DNA of 64,000 bases from Escherichia phage vB_EcoM_phAPEC6, in the sequence record MK817115.1, one strand, 5' to 3'. A program made the position numbers and the translations under genes. Numbering within the stretch: position 1 is the first letter of the stretch; every line of letters starts with the position of its first letter. Of the stretch, positions 40,655-51,591 are shown one piece after another. A model generated the notes under the pieces. The model was not told the origin of the DNA and made no database searches. It saw only the letters and a program-made list of their open reading frames with translations.

Positions 40655-40916
40655 ATAATCTCCTAATAAAATATTCTCGATTCTCTCTTATATACCCAGA
40701 TACACAGTTAGTTGTGGCTTGGTTAGTGAATGAAATCTCACTATTGGACACGCCATTTGCATCACACAAAGGACATATTCCCATGTACTTGGGGGTCGGG
40801 TAGGTGTCCAATTTGTATTTTCCATTACATACCATGTACTGCTGTGGCAATACATCTAATATTATTTCATATTCTTCATCAAACACCTTGAAGCATACCC
40901 AACATTTACCCATCAT
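40635..40916 (-). CDS. small zinc-finger protein (93 aa)
   Basis: CWVCF ... CNGKY ... CPLCDANG Cys clusters. Confidence 0.5.
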   Translation of the reverse strand: MMGKCWVCFKVFDEEYEIILDVLPQQYMVCNGKYKLDTYPTPKYMGICPLCDANGVSNSEISFTNQATTNCVSGYIRENREYFIRRLYERQNL

Positions 40917-41397
40917 AGTTTTCCTTTAACACAGTTCTTATATATTCGAATGTTTTAACAAACCAATCATGTTCGTCGGATACATCTACAACTTTACCAC
41001 CATATACATAGTAATGGTAAAAAGGCAACTTGCTTTTTCTTAATCTTTCGGCTAACTCTGGATTTTGAATTATTTTAGCACAAATAGCATCTTGAATAAT
41101 AGAAATACAATCATCCGTCATTTCAATTCGATCATGCATATATTTGTTAGCGGCTGCTTTTGCTGCTGCACCAGATACTTTTCTAAGGTCATCATGTTTT
41201 TGCCCAGTTAAAAACCAAAAGTAAAATGTTTCAACTGAAGGGAACCAACCATATGGTTCAAGTGTGAAGCTATGCGAAGAAAAGTTAGATAGATCTCTAC
41301 CTAACTTCGTTCTGGCTTTACTATAAATGTTAATATGTCGGTATCCATCATCAGTAGGGTCAATGAAGTTAAATGACTCTTCTGGGAATTCAAACAT
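40906..41397 (-). CDS. hypothetical protein (163 aa)
   Basis: ORF in track. Confidence 0.55.
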   Translation of the reverse strand: MFEFPEESFNFIDPTDDGYRHINIYSKARTKLGRDLSNFSSHSFTLEPYGWFPSVETFYFWFLTGQKHDDLRKVSGAAAKAAANKYMHDRIEMTDDCISIIQDAICAKIIQNPELAERLRKSKLPFYHYYVYGGKVVDVSDEHDWFVKTFEYIRTVLKENYDG

Positions 41398-41399
41398 AA

Positions 41400-41753
41400 T
41401 TATTCTTCTTCTCCTGAAGGTGTTCCACGTAGTTTATCAAAATCAACCCAAATACCATGCTGGTTTTTAAATCGACATTTCTCATAGTACCAACTATAGT
41501 CTGTTTCAACACCTTGTGAAATAGAACGCACACTACAATCATACATATTATATAAATGTTCCCTGACAATATATGTATTAATCAGTACAACGAATAATAC
41601 AATAATACCACAGATTTTAGGATGGTCCATAATCAAGTCAAGTACTGAACTAGTTTCAGAACTATCAATCTTACTTCTACAAATAGCAACAATTTTAAGA
41701 ACAGCGAATGATACCAGTAATGAAATTACAATAACACTTAAATAAATTAGCAT
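41400..41753 (-). CDS. hypothetical membrane protein (117 aa)
   Basis: Two N-terminal transmembrane helices. Confidence 0.55.
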   Translation of the reverse strand: MLIYLSVIVISLLVSFAVLKIVAICRSKIDSSETSSVLDLIMDHPKICGIIVLFVVLINTYIVREHLYNMYDCSVRSISQGVETDYSWYYEKCRFKNQHGIWVDFDKLRGTPSGEEE

Positions 41754-41756
41754 AAA

Positions 41757-42338
41757 TTACACTCCTACACCAAAACGTAAAATAATATTATTAACAAACA
41801 CTAAATCAAAAGGTGACTTTGGTTCAGATACTGAGTACTGAAATGATTCTGCTGCGAAATTTTCTCTATTATACCATGTTTCAGAATTTATTAGCATTTT
41901 TTTATCACCAATCGTCACTGAATGTAATGGAACATTTGAAGAAGAATTTATTGAATATGCATTAAGATTACCGTTTTCATCTAATGTGATACTAAGATAA
42001 TATTTTTTCTCAATATCAGGAATAAGTTCTTTTGTATACGAATAGATTGAATCAACCCATTCATCATGTACATTTTCTGCACCAATCAGGTGTCCGAATG
42101 ATAAATTACGTTTAACTGGCTTTGATCCTGGTCGAGTTAGAATGAATTGTTTTGTTAAGTAAAAATTATTATGTTTTACTTCAATATTAACATTTTTAAA
42201 ATTCACCACTTTATCATATACATTTCGAAAAACTGTTATATCCCAAGTACTAATTTCATCCATAATACTTATCACCAGTTCTTCTAGTTCTTGTATAAAT
42301 GGCAAATCATCTTGATGAAATCTAGTCATGGTTTTCAT
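41757..42338 (-). CDS. EE-x-FFQ-x-S motif family paralog, divergent (193 aa)
   Basis: Contains AAESFQYSVSEPKSPFDLVF resembling the family motif. Confidence 0.5.
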   Translation of the reverse strand: MKTMTRFHQDDLPFIQELEELVISIMDEISTWDITVFRNVYDKVVNFKNVNIEVKHNNFYLTKQFILTRPGSKPVKRNLSFGHLIGAENVHDEWVDSIYSYTKELIPDIEKKYYLSITLDENGNLNAYSINSSSNVPLHSVTIGDKKMLINSETWYNRENFAAESFQYSVSEPKSPFDLVFVNNIILRFGVGV

Positions 42339-42921
42339 ATACCTTTTTCAAATTCATAATTTCAAGAATGCTGTATTCTTTATCACCAATCAAATCTTCA
42401 GTGAATGCAGTGGGGTCGGCATCGCTATACAACTTACCATTGATGATAACACAACCATTACTAAGATACAATGCACTCATGATCTGTTGTCCTTCTTTCA
42501 CATTTTGTGCTAGACCTGTATTTGTTACTACAAATCCATTTGTTGCTAATGATGATGTTAGTTCTGACCATTCAACTGATATTAAGTCGCGATAGTCCTT
42601 AGATACTTTTATATTCACAATACAAGCAACTCGTTTAATAGGTGGAGTGCTAATCGTGTACATTTGTGGTTGTTGGTAATTAGAGTTGTATGTTTGTGGT
42701 GTTTTAACAGCAGTTCCTGAATTTTGAGTTGATTTGGTAATTACTGGTTCTACACTGGGGACTGTTGTTCTTAGTGATATAATACGTCCAGTTTCATCCA
42801 ATTTAAGGACTAAACGATGAGTTTCATCCTCAGAGTAATAGGGAAACAAGCCACCGGAATTCATATTTTGAAGCATTTTAATTAATTCATAAGTATTTTT
42901 TAAAAACATAGTACACCCCAT
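42322..42921 (-). CDS. hypothetical protein (199 aa)
   Basis: ORF in track. Confidence 0.55.
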   Translation of the reverse strand: MGCTMFLKNTYELIKMLQNMNSGGLFPYYSEDETHRLVLKLDETGRIISLRTTVPSVEPVITKSTQNSGTAVKTPQTYNSNYQQPQMYTISTPPIKRVACIVNIKVSKDYRDLISVEWSELTSSLATNGFVVTNTGLAQNVKEGQQIMSALYLSNGCVIINGKLYSDADPTAFTEDLIGDKEYSILEIMNLKKVYENHD

Positions 42922-42956
42922 AGAAAAGGGGAGTACAAAGTACTCCCAACATTTAA

Positions 42957-43511
42957 TTATAGTTTAATTGATTCTTGAATACCAGTATCCATTGCTTTCT
43001 TGGTACGTGTATCAGATACTACTGTACAAAGGTGTTCAATATTTTCACTTGGAAACGTATTCGAATCAAGAATTTTGGAATTCCAGAAGCCTTTGCGGAA
43101 CTTAGCATAATCAGTACACTGGTCAATTTTCATTTTCTGAAGATTGTTGAACTTTGTACGTCCTGTTTCAATTGTCACCATCAATTCCTGATAAATTTTA
43201 GGATCAAGATTTGGAACCTGTTGTTGAATCTGTGACATTACAAACTTCTGGTCAACACCTTCACGCCCTTTAAAGTATGACTCAATCGTTTCTTTCAACG
43301 CATTTTTGTACTTATCTGCTACTTGAACCTTATCTTGAATAGTAAGAGTATAATTGCTAAGTTGACTTTCAGATGCATCATAGTACTTTTTAATGTTTCC
43401 TTCAAACTCAACTGCACGATCATGTGCACCAACATACATACTAATAGAACCAAACACCATTAGTACAATAACTACCAAAATACCAATTAACGCAAGGAGT
43501 TTACCATTCAT
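42957..43511 (-). CDS. hypothetical membrane-anchored protein (184 aa)
   Basis: Single N-terminal transmembrane helix. Confidence 0.6.
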   Translation of the reverse strand: MNGKLLALIGILVVIVLMVFGSISMYVGAHDRAVEFEGNIKKYYDASESQLSNYTLTIQDKVQVADKYKNALKETIESYFKGREGVDQKFVMSQIQQQVPNLDPKIYQELMVTIETGRTKFNNLQKMKIDQCTDYAKFRKGFWNSKILDSNTFPSENIEHLCTVVSDTRTKKAMDTGIQESIKL

Positions 43512-44602
43512 AAATCGTTATCCCTCATATAAAGGCCAATGAAAATAGACAGAATCAACAAAACAATGGAAGCACCGATAAGAACATCTTTTCTAGGTTC
43601 CATTTTTACTGACAAGTACTCAAACTCTTTATTAGAGAGTCTCTCAAACTGTGTGTCAATATTATGTACTTCTTTAACTAGTAAGTCAAGAGTTAATTTT
43701 TCATTTAATGCATCAATACGCATCTTTGCATGTAACTCTTCATTCTTCATTCCTTGTGCAAATGATGTACTGTAAAATTTGACAACGTTACCATCATTGT
43801 CAATACCAAAGAACATAATAACATCATTCTTCTTACCACCACGCCACGATGCAAGGGTAGCATCAACAAAATCCACATCTTTGTAATCATAAACTAGTAC
43901 TTGGATGTTTACCTGCTTTCGTGCACCCATCGTTTTTAGCTCATTACGAAGGTATTCATCGTAACCATCAACGTTGTAATTTGTAGTGTTAATTACGTGA
44001 TGTGTTTTGTAATAATCAACTACACTTGGGTATTCTGGAATAGTACTAAGATACTTTTCATCATACATGTTGTGTAGTTCTTCAGGACTAAACAATGAGT
44101 TCTTATCAGCAAATAGATAGTTGATATATGAACTCTCTGCGGCGGCATAGTCACCAATCATAACTTGCTGCCAACGTGGTGGTGTCATTGTACCTTGACG
44201 GTTCACACGTTCAATCTCAAACTCACCTACTGTACTTTTCACATACCAATCAACTTCATATGAGTAATCAAAAACCTTATATGATTCACACTCACGATGT
44301 GATTTACCTTTACTATCATATCGCGTATGGCACTTCTCATGCCATGTATAGTGCTTACATGAACTAGATTGTGTGCAATATTCTTTGTGGCTGTATTTTG
44401 AAGTTACTTGACCATTCAGAATCTCAACATCATAAAGCTGGCTATAGTTGATTGCGTATGAAATACCAAGAACAAGAGCCGCACCAACCAGACAACAACC
44501 AATATGAATCAATAGTTCTTTAGTACTGATATGCTTATCGTACATGTATTTCATAACGAATACAACGATAAGAGCAGGTATTAACAGAATAATGAAATTC
44601 AT
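43508..44602 (-). CDS. hypothetical membrane protein with Cys/His-rich ectodomain (364 aa)
   Basis: N- and C-terminal transmembrane helices; Cys/His cluster CTQSSSCKHYTWHEKCH. Confidence 0.65.
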   Translation of the reverse strand: MNFIILLIPALIVVFVMKYMYDKHISTKELLIHIGCCLVGAALVLGISYAINYSQLYDVEILNGQVTSKYSHKEYCTQSSSCKHYTWHEKCHTRYDSKGKSHRECESYKVFDYSYEVDWYVKSTVGEFEIERVNRQGTMTPPRWQQVMIGDYAAAESSYINYLFADKNSLFSPEELHNMYDEKYLSTIPEYPSVVDYYKTHHVINTTNYNVDGYDEYLRNELKTMGARKQVNIQVLVYDYKDVDFVDATLASWRGGKKNDVIMFFGIDNDGNVVKFYSTSFAQGMKNEELHAKMRIDALNEKLTLDLLVKEVHNIDTQFERLSNKEFEYLSVKMEPRKDVLIGASIVLLILSIFIGLYMRDNDL

Positions 44603-44605
44603 GTA

Positions 44606-45295
44606 TTAATCCATTTTAAGCTTGTTTAGACAGAATGAAATCTGGATTGCTTCACGTGCTGCATCAAACAGTGGGTGATGTAACTCCAACCCATTAATCC
44701 CACACGTATTTGCATATGTGATAAATTTATCCAACTGTACCGAAACGATTTCATCCATTTCAATACGAGCTTCTTCATTCAATAAACGTTTCAATGTGCG
44801 TGCATTTTCAGGTGCATCATACTTCCACAACTCACCAGCGTTCATTAGTTTTAAATGGTTTGCTTGTAAAATACTACAATCGAAGTTACATCCGTTGCCC
44901 CAGACTGAATGAGGAACTTCTTCACCATAATCATTGTAACGTAATTCTTTCCAGAAATCAACAATACTACTGTATGCAAAAAATCGTCGTGATTGACCAT
45001 TCGGTCCATACAGTTCAGGTGCTTTGAGTTTCATAGTACTGGCAACTTCAGAATATGCATTAGGGTATTCTTTCTGACATGTATTCATCCAAAAATCCAT
45101 TGCACCTGCGTCTGATTTTAAACCAGCAGCAACTTGATCCTGGTATGGTAATTTAATATATAAGAACTGACGAATGTCATTTTCAGGTTTACTTGGAACT
45201 ACTACTGCTGCGTAATTTGGGATAATAATATCATAACCGGAAAGTTCAGGTGTTCCAAGAGCTTCAATATCAACACTAATATGACGACGTTTCAT
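44606..45295 (-). CDS. dexA: DEDDh-type 3'-5' exonuclease, DexA-like (229 aa)
   Basis: Exo I-like ISVDIEALG (D-x-E) and C-terminal HHPLFDAAREA (H-x4-D); size matches T4 DexA. Confidence 0.6.
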   Translation of the reverse strand: MKRRHISVDIEALGTPELSGYDIIIPNYAAVVVPSKPENDIRQFLYIKLPYQDQVAAGLKSDAGAMDFWMNTCQKEYPNAYSEVASTMKLKAPELYGPNGQSRRFFAYSSIVDFWKELRYNDYGEEVPHSVWGNGCNFDCSILQANHLKLMNAGELWKYDAPENARTLKRLLNEEARIEMDEIVSVQLDKFITYANTCGINGLELHHPLFDAAREAIQISFCLNKLKMD

Positions 45296-45374
45296 AAGTT
45301 AGTTCCTTATCTGTACATTAAAAAGAGTGCGTTTTCAATAAGATTATATTAAAAACGCACTCATATGTCAACTA

Positions 45375-46511
45375 TTACTTGTTAGCTTTTTCGGCAATTT
45401 CACGAAGAGTGTCTTCCAGTTCATAGGAAAGTTGTGCAATTTCCTGTTTAGCACGTTCACGTTCCAATTTACCTTTTTTCTCTTCTTCAATAACTGCTTC
45501 AATACTGTCAATCATCGTTTTATGTACATTACGCAAGGTTTTAATATCCACAATACCACGGTTGTTTGCCTTTGCTGCATCCAACATATTTGCTGCAACC
45601 ATTTTAGAGTTAGTTTCCAAAAGACGGTTTGTCTCATTATCAATTAGATTGCCTAGTTCATTATCCTTACGTTGACGCTCGGAAATCAACTGTTCAGCCA
45701 ATTGAGACTTCCATGCTGGAATAACAACGGATTTTAAATCTTCAAACTTAGAAACAGTGTTCAAGTTTACTTTTTTCATACTCATCAAGCGTGGACCACT
45801 TAGTTCGCACATCATGATAAGACGACGAATCTTATCTTCTTGTTTAGAAAGTGCTTCACAAATCATCTTTTGCTCTTGAATAGCAAAAGAGTCTACATTT
45901 TTGTCTGCTTGCATTTCTACTAATAATGCATCTTGTGTTTTAGTCACTTCTTCTAAACCAACTAATGTATCACGCAATTCAAACAAATATTCTTTGTTTT
46001 CATTATATGCTTTATCAAGCCATTCACATTCTCCGTGCTGGCGATTAATACCAGTTTGAAGAGTTTTCATAATTTCGTCAATTTGCTCTTTACTGTTTTT
46101 GTACTGATCACCTACTTTCTGTTGAGCATTAACAAAGAATTTCTTAATACGACCAACAATTGATTTATCTTCTTGAAGACTGTCAATATCAACTGCACGA
46201 GTCAACGTAAGAATTGTGGTGATTGATTTACCAAACTCGGTATTGTCATCCGTTACATTAACTTTAGACATAATTTCATCAGCCAAACGCCCAACAGCAG
46301 CACCAGCAGTTGTACCAACAGTATTGATGTTTTGAACTGTTAGAGACATAGTATTTCCCTTAACATCTTTCAGTACTGGTAGTGATTTTGTAGTTTGGTT
46401 AAAAATATCACTTGCATCAATTGTATGACCTTTAGTCGCAGTTTTAGTAGTACGTTTTGCTGATTTAGCTGCGGTGGATGCTTTTTTAGGATTGATTTCT
46501 TTCTCGGACAT
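45375..46511 (-). CDS. hypothetical coiled-coil protein with Lys-rich N-terminus (378 aa)
   Basis: Long ORF; basic N-terminal tail then heptad-like segments; no motif recognised. Confidence 0.65.
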   Translation of the reverse strand: MSEKEINPKKASTAAKSAKRTTKTATKGHTIDASDIFNQTTKSLPVLKDVKGNTMSLTVQNINTVGTTAGAAVGRLADEIMSKVNVTDDNTEFGKSITTILTLTRAVDIDSLQEDKSIVGRIKKFFVNAQQKVGDQYKNSKEQIDEIMKTLQTGINRQHGECEWLDKAYNENKEYLFELRDTLVGLEEVTKTQDALLVEMQADKNVDSFAIQEQKMICEALSKQEDKIRRLIMMCELSGPRLMSMKKVNLNTVSKFEDLKSVVIPAWKSQLAEQLISERQRKDNELGNLIDNETNRLLETNSKMVAANMLDAAKANNRGIVDIKTLRNVHKTMIDSIEAVIEEEKKGKLERERAKQEIAQLSYELEDTLREIAEKANK

Positions 46512-46559
46512 TTAGTATTCCTCGTTTAATTTAATATGATGTGCTGCTCTGTGATAAAC

Positions 46560-46588
46560 ATTATACGGACAGCACGTATGATAGTCAA
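46560..46588 (-). promoter_or_regulatory. sigma70-type promoter (TTGACT, 17 nt, TATAAT)
   Basis: Reverse complement reads TTGACT atcatacgtgctgtccg TATAAT GTTTATCAC. Confidence 0.55.
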
Positions 46589-46596
46589 GTATTTTT

Positions 46597-47724
46597 TTAC
46601 TCTTTGTTACCATATGCCAGATTACGAATAATTTCTACAGTACTCTCATCCACAGCTTTACCTGTCTGTGATTGTAAACGATTGATAATCAAAGGAATAG
46701 TAATAGTTTGAATATCTACCATACGATTCATATCAACTTGATATTGCTTACTTGTTGCAATAATGCTCGTTTCAGTCATGGAGGTGGTGATTCCCATTTT
46801 CATAATACGTTCTAATGTTAATTCATATTCAAACGCATCATCCACACAACGTAGTGCGTATTCACAACCCAACTTACCATATTCAAGTTCATTTTTGATT
46901 TCATTAACTTCGTTTCTAAGTTCTGAAAACATCGTACTAAGACCACTAAACTTATTAGTGTCATACTTAACTGCTTCATTTAGTGCTTTCATCACTTTTG
47001 GCAAATCTGATGGTTGCACTTTGATATCAGTTTTACCAAACAATTTCTGTGTAAAGGTCGGCTTCAATGGGAACAACGTCTCCAACGCAACAGTAAGGTT
47101 ATTCATAAGCATTCTAATATAATCACTATGCTGTTGTAATGCTGAGTTAAGATCCAATTGACGTTCTGAAATTTGTTGAATCTTAGTTCCAATTTCTTGT
47201 GCACAAACTGGTAAGTTTACAAACCAGTCTAGTACTTTTACTGAATTCTTTTCAATAGTACTAGGGAATTCAACCCATCTTTCAATGTCATCAATTCTGC
47301 TATCGTCTGGGTTGATAGGTTTTTTCTTAAGAACAATAGGTGCAGGTACATCTGGTGATGTTTGTACCAAGTCTAAACGTGGTTTGGCACGACCTTCTTT
47401 CCATTCACGATATTCACGCTCTAATGGCGGTACTGGCATGTTAGGATCAATTCTAATATTACTAAAATGAATTTTATCCTTCATTAAATCAAGAACTTTC
47501 AGACGTTTATTATCAAAATAGATTTCATCTAATGACAGAGTTTTTACATCAAATAACGGATTACCCAGCGAGTCATAGGTGCGACGTACAATTACATTGT
47601 AAATGTATTTTTTGTTTGATGAACGGTCATATTGTTTCAATAAAGAGTTCAGTACATAATTATAGTTAAATTCTTGAATCTCAACTTCTTTGCCATTTTC
47701 AATGAAAAAATATTTACCTTTCAT
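46597..47724 (-). CDS. hypothetical protein (375 aa)
   Basis: Long ORF; no motif recognised. Confidence 0.65.
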   Translation of the reverse strand: MKGKYFFIENGKEVEIQEFNYNYVLNSLLKQYDRSSNKKYIYNVIVRRTYDSLGNPLFDVKTLSLDEIYFDNKRLKVLDLMKDKIHFSNIRIDPNMPVPPLEREYREWKEGRAKPRLDLVQTSPDVPAPIVLKKKPINPDDSRIDDIERWVEFPSTIEKNSVKVLDWFVNLPVCAQEIGTKIQQISERQLDLNSALQQHSDYIRMLMNNLTVALETLFPLKPTFTQKLFGKTDIKVQPSDLPKVMKALNEAVKYDTNKFSGLSTMFSELRNEVNEIKNELEYGKLGCEYALRCVDDAFEYELTLERIMKMGITTSMTETSIIATSKQYQVDMNRMVDIQTITIPLIINRLQSQTGKAVDESTVEIIRNLAYGNKE

Positions 47725-47820
47725 TATAAAACCTCATAATCAATTAAAATTTACGCTATGGTGATATTGTACATACTTCGACTACACATGTCAACACCTG
47801 AAAAGAAAAAAGGACGCACC

Positions 47821-48639
47821 TTAGTGCATCCTTTTGTTACTTTTATCCTTGTACCATACAAATGTCTTGACAGGTGGATATTTTTCATTCTTTGGTGGTT
47901 CAGGCATGTCGTATACAGTTGCATTTCTAAACTTAAGAATGTATGTGTCCATTAAACGGATTATACAATAGTTTAAACATTTTTGTGCTCTTTCTTTCCA
48001 AAAATGTTTATATGGTTCTGGACAACCAAGATAATCAAGTTTATACATACTCATAGCAACTTGCATAAATCTTTGGGCCGAGAATTTTCGCTTATCAATC
48101 TTACTTGCTCTGTGTTGGTCACATGTCCAACTTGATACACCAGGCAAGTGACAAAACAAATCAAAACTAACCATACTATCAAAGTATTTGTTATGACCAT
48201 GTAACTCACCATAAAATACAGCTTCTGACACAGTATCATATAATGAGAAATTTGAATGTATATGTTCATTATCAAAAATACTTTTTAAATCTTTATAAGT
48301 TTCTGGAACAGGTGGCTCAGGTAATACTTCACCGAATACTTCAACACACCATATCTTCCATAAACCTTTTGTAAATTTATTTTCTAATTCTCTATCACTA
48401 TCAATATAAAAAGTTTTTTCATTTATGAAAACTTTTCTAGCCATGTATGCTTTAAAAATTGCATCTGGATCAATGTCTTCACGATTTACATCATCCCAGC
48501 CTTTACCAATTCTTGAAATTTCAAATCTACGCATATACATACGACATGCTAAATCTTTAGTAAGGCTGCGACGATACTTTTCATCCTGATGTAATTTGGT
48601 TGTTTCGTGAAGAGATTTAAGCATATTTAAAATTCTCAT
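47821..48639 (-). CDS. hypothetical protein (272 aa)
   Basis: Long ORF; no motif recognised. Confidence 0.65.
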   Translation of the reverse strand: MRILNMLKSLHETTKLHQDEKYRRSLTKDLACRMYMRRFEISRIGKGWDDVNREDIDPDAIFKAYMARKVFINEKTFYIDSDRELENKFTKGLWKIWCVEVFGEVLPEPPVPETYKDLKSIFDNEHIHSNFSLYDTVSEAVFYGELHGHNKYFDSMVSFDLFCHLPGVSSWTCDQHRASKIDKRKFSAQRFMQVAMSMYKLDYLGCPEPYKHFWKERAQKCLNYCIIRLMDTYILKFRNATVYDMPEPPKNEKYPPVKTFVWYKDKSNKRMH

Positions 48640-49316
48640 CGCAACACCAAATATTTCCCGTTTCTTCCAATTACATATTGATCACCACTTCGTAGTACTG
48701 TATAGCTTTCCCCTAGTATGGAACTAAGACGCGAAGTGTCTAATTGTGTATCATTCTTTAATAACTTTTTCACATATGTTTCTGAAACAAAACCGCTTCC
48801 AGTACTGTAATGTAATTTACCATATGCTGTTTTTAATGTCAACATGTTTCCTTCTTTGATTACTGAAACACCAGCATAATCAAGGAACTCACTAATTGAA
48901 CTAGGAATACCCAAATCAATTCTCTGCTGTATTTCTTCAAAATCAACATCGATTGGGTCATTAACACCATATAGTTGTATTTTCCAACCTGGGTCTGGAC
49001 AAATATTTTCAATAGTTTTAATTAAACGTAAAAGTTTTTCAGGGAATTCGGCATTTCGTTCCATTTCAACATAAACTTGATATCGACCATCTAAATTTGG
49101 TGTTTCTGCTGCTTCTGTATCAGCTACATCAATAGGTGATTTTTCAATAAAAGAAGATAAATCATATGCTGCATCAAAATTGTTAAGTACCTGAAACATA
49201 ATAACAATATTACTATCTTCAATTTTAGGAGTATATTCATCAACACTAATGATAGGATGAATCAAATCTTTGAGAACTTGCGGACGTAAGCCTTGTTCAT
49301 TTAATTTCTTTTTCAT
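48636..49316 (-). CDS. hypothetical protein (226 aa)
   Basis: ORF with 4-nt overlap; does not resemble T4 gp45 by eye. Confidence 0.6.
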   Translation of the reverse strand: MKKKLNEQGLRPQVLKDLIHPIISVDEYTPKIEDSNIVIMFQVLNNFDAAYDLSSFIEKSPIDVADTEAAETPNLDGRYQVYVEMERNAEFPEKLLRLIKTIENICPDPGWKIQLYGVNDPIDVDFEEIQQRIDLGIPSSISEFLDYAGVSVIKEGNMLTLKTAYGKLHYSTGSGFVSETYVKKLLKNDTQLDTSRLSSILGESYTVLRSGDQYVIGRNGKYLVLR

Positions 49317-49879
49317 TACATTCCACCTTCTTGTGTCTCATCCGTTACTTCTACATCTAAATCCACATCATCACCAGTTACAGGTTCTTCAATATTCTCA
49401 GGAGAATTCATTGGATTACTATTGAATTCTGCTGCCATTAGTTTATATTCATCAAAACTTTCTGGATTAATCAAGTTTCGTGGAATCTGCACTCTAACCA
49501 ATAGTACTGGGATTCTTTCATTTTTTGGTATACGTACAGAGCCAGATTGTGTCGCTACACTTTTCATGTCAGCTTGACGATTTGGTTCTTTAATAGGAGT
49601 TATTTCATAATCAGCTTTAACATATACTTTAGTTCCATGTTTCTCTAAAATAGAGAATGCGGTAGGATCGGGAAAATTTTCACGATAGTATTTAAATGTA
49701 ACAGTACACCAATACTTACTTACAATTGGCCCCTCTACCAACTCACCCTCAATAATTCCTTTATACGCATATAAATCATTATCATCGAAATATTTCTCTA
49801 CAGCAAGAAGTATATCTAACATACCACTGTTATCATACAACTGCTGAATAGCATTATCTGTATAATCTAAATCGTCCAT
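49316..49879 (-). CDS. hypothetical acidic protein (187 aa)
   Basis: ORF; same length as T4 gp62 but no similarity recognised. Confidence 0.6.
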   Translation of the reverse strand: MDDLDYTDNAIQQLYDNSGMLDILLAVEKYFDDNDLYAYKGIIEGELVEGPIVSKYWCTVTFKYYRENFPDPTAFSILEKHGTKVYVKADYEITPIKEPNRQADMKSVATQSGSVRIPKNERIPVLLVRVQIPRNLINPESFDEYKLMAAEFNSNPMNSPENIEEPVTGDDVDLDVEVTDETQEGGM

Positions 49880-49975
49880 ATTTTATATTATCCTTAAAAA
49901 CTAGCACATATAATACTATTTACTACTTTTAAAATACAACAAAAGGGGTTTGAATCAAACCCCAATTTAAAAGTT

Positions 49976-50620
49976 TTATTTGTAATATTTACCTAGTACT
50001 GAATAAATTTTCAGTCTAAGTTCTGTCCAGTTTTCGATATATTCAAAACCACTATGATTCTTATACATAGTATTATGAGAACATCCCATCATAACTGATG
50101 GAATACCAAGACCCATAGCAGTTTCAATATTATTGATATAATCATCAATCATTAGTTTTACATCATATCGTGTTTGTAAATCCTCTAATGCTTCTTTCTT
50201 TGATTCATTCATTTCTATGATAATAATCTCATCAAAGCAGTTTTCACCAAATTCACGCATTAGATTTACATTTCGTAAAACTTCACCATAGCCTTTTTTA
50301 CCACATTTTGTGAGTACTACGAATTTTTCTTTATGAAAACGATCACGTAGCTCTTGTACAATATCAACTGTATTTGGTTCGACTGGCTTTAACAACCCAA
50401 ACAAATATGATTGTTGGTTGAACTGTTCAAGAATCTTTTTAACTTCAGGTTGAGGAACACCCAACCAGTCTGATAAATCATATTCTAATGGGTATGGTGT
50501 TGATGGTGTGATATTATAAGTTTGTTTTACAAACTCAGAAAGCATACCCATATGGTCCAATAGAACTTCATCACAATCAAAAACTATACAACGTGGTTTC
50601 ATTACATGTTCCCCGAACAA
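49976..50620 (-). CDS. HAD-superfamily hydrolase, 5'(3')-deoxyribonucleotidase-like (214 aa)
   Basis: N-terminal CIVFDCDEVLLD (D-x-D HAD motif I). Confidence 0.6.
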   Translation of the reverse strand: MFGEHVMKPRCIVFDCDEVLLDHMGMLSEFVKQTYNITPSTPYPLEYDLSDWLGVPQPEVKKILEQFNQQSYLFGLLKPVEPNTVDIVQELRDRFHKEKFVVLTKCGKKGYGEVLRNVNLMREFGENCFDEIIIIEMNESKKEALEDLQTRYDVKLMIDDYINNIETAMGLGIPSVMMGCSHNTMYKNHSGFEYIENWTELRLKIYSVLGKYYK

Positions 50621-51591
50621 ATTAGGTCAATCTCACACAGTAAAGCACTAAGATTCATTTCACGGTCTGATACTGTTGCTTGCTTAACAACTGCATCACG
50701 AATTTTAACTTTAATCTTCATCAGTGTGATTTCATCAGTACTGAACATTTCAGCATTTCTGTACAAGTAAGAGAAAAATGCATCCATCTCATCATCAGGG
50801 ATATTTTGTACAATTTGTTCACGCATTTGGCGAATGTTGCCTGCCTTTAATGCTTCAACAATTGCAGTACGATACCCTGCTGAATTTTCAATACTATCTT
50901 CAAGTTTTACTAGCTTACCATCAACAACTGAACTTTGCAATACGTTTAGTGTTTTACGGAAATCAGGATAGGAAGCATTGATGTACTTTTGAACTTGTTC
51001 AACACTATCATCACTACTCAAATCAACACCTTCTGCTAGAAGAATATTATAAATTCGAGTCATGAATTGTTCCATATCATGCTTTTCGATTGTAATAACT
51101 TGAACACGAGAAATGATAGGTTTTTGAATTTTATGTGGTTCGTTACTTGTTAAAATAAAGCGAGCATTTTCATGATAGTCTTCCATTACACGTTTCAAAC
51201 TACCTTGTGCTTTGTGGTTCATCTGCTCCATTTCTTCAAGAACAAAAATACGATATCTACCAAAACATGATAGCTTTGCTGCGGCATCGATTTTGTCACG
51301 AACAGCATCAATGCCTTCATCGGACATGTTAAGCGTGGTCACATCACTTGGATCAAGGTGTCCATTTTGAACTAGTCCATTAATTAGTACTTTGATCGCA
51401 GATGTTTTACCAGTTCCTGCTGGGCCAAAAAACCCAATATGTGGAATGTCACCAGTCTTAATCCATTCTTCCATTTTCTGGCGTAGTGCATCGTTTTTTG
51501 ATACATAATCTTCCATTGATTGTGGGCGATATTTTTCAGTCCATAGTGTGGTCATTTGTATTTCCTTATGTGTACGTGTTATAGAATCCAA
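50602..51591 (-). CDS. 44: clamp-loader AAA+ ATPase, gp44-like (329 aa)
   Basis: WTEKYRP box, Walker A GPAGTGKTS, Walker B FVLEE, sensor SRVQVI; aligns by eye with T4 gp44. Confidence 0.8.
   Translation of the reverse strand: MDSITRTHKEIQMTTLWTEKYRPQSMEDYVSKNDALRQKMEEWIKTGDIPHIGFFGPAGTGKTSAIKVLINGLVQNGHLDPSDVTTLNMSDEGIDAVRDKIDAAAKLSCFGRYRIFVLEEMEQMNHKAQGSLKRVMEDYHENARFILTSNEPHKIQKPIISRVQVITIEKHDMEQFMTRIYNILLAEGVDLSSDDSVEQVQKYINASYPDFRKTLNVLQSSVVDGKLVKLEDSIENSAGYRTAIVEALKAGNIRQMREQIVQNIPDDEMDAFFSYLYRNAEMFSTDEITLMKIKVKIRDAVVKQATVSDREMNLSALLCEIDLICSGNM

Noticed and set aside
45375-46511. 378-aa coiled-coil protein as a TelA-like toxic-anion-resistance protein
   Set aside because: Only a general resemblance in size and coiled-coil character; I could not point to a diagnostic motif, so it is left as hypothetical.
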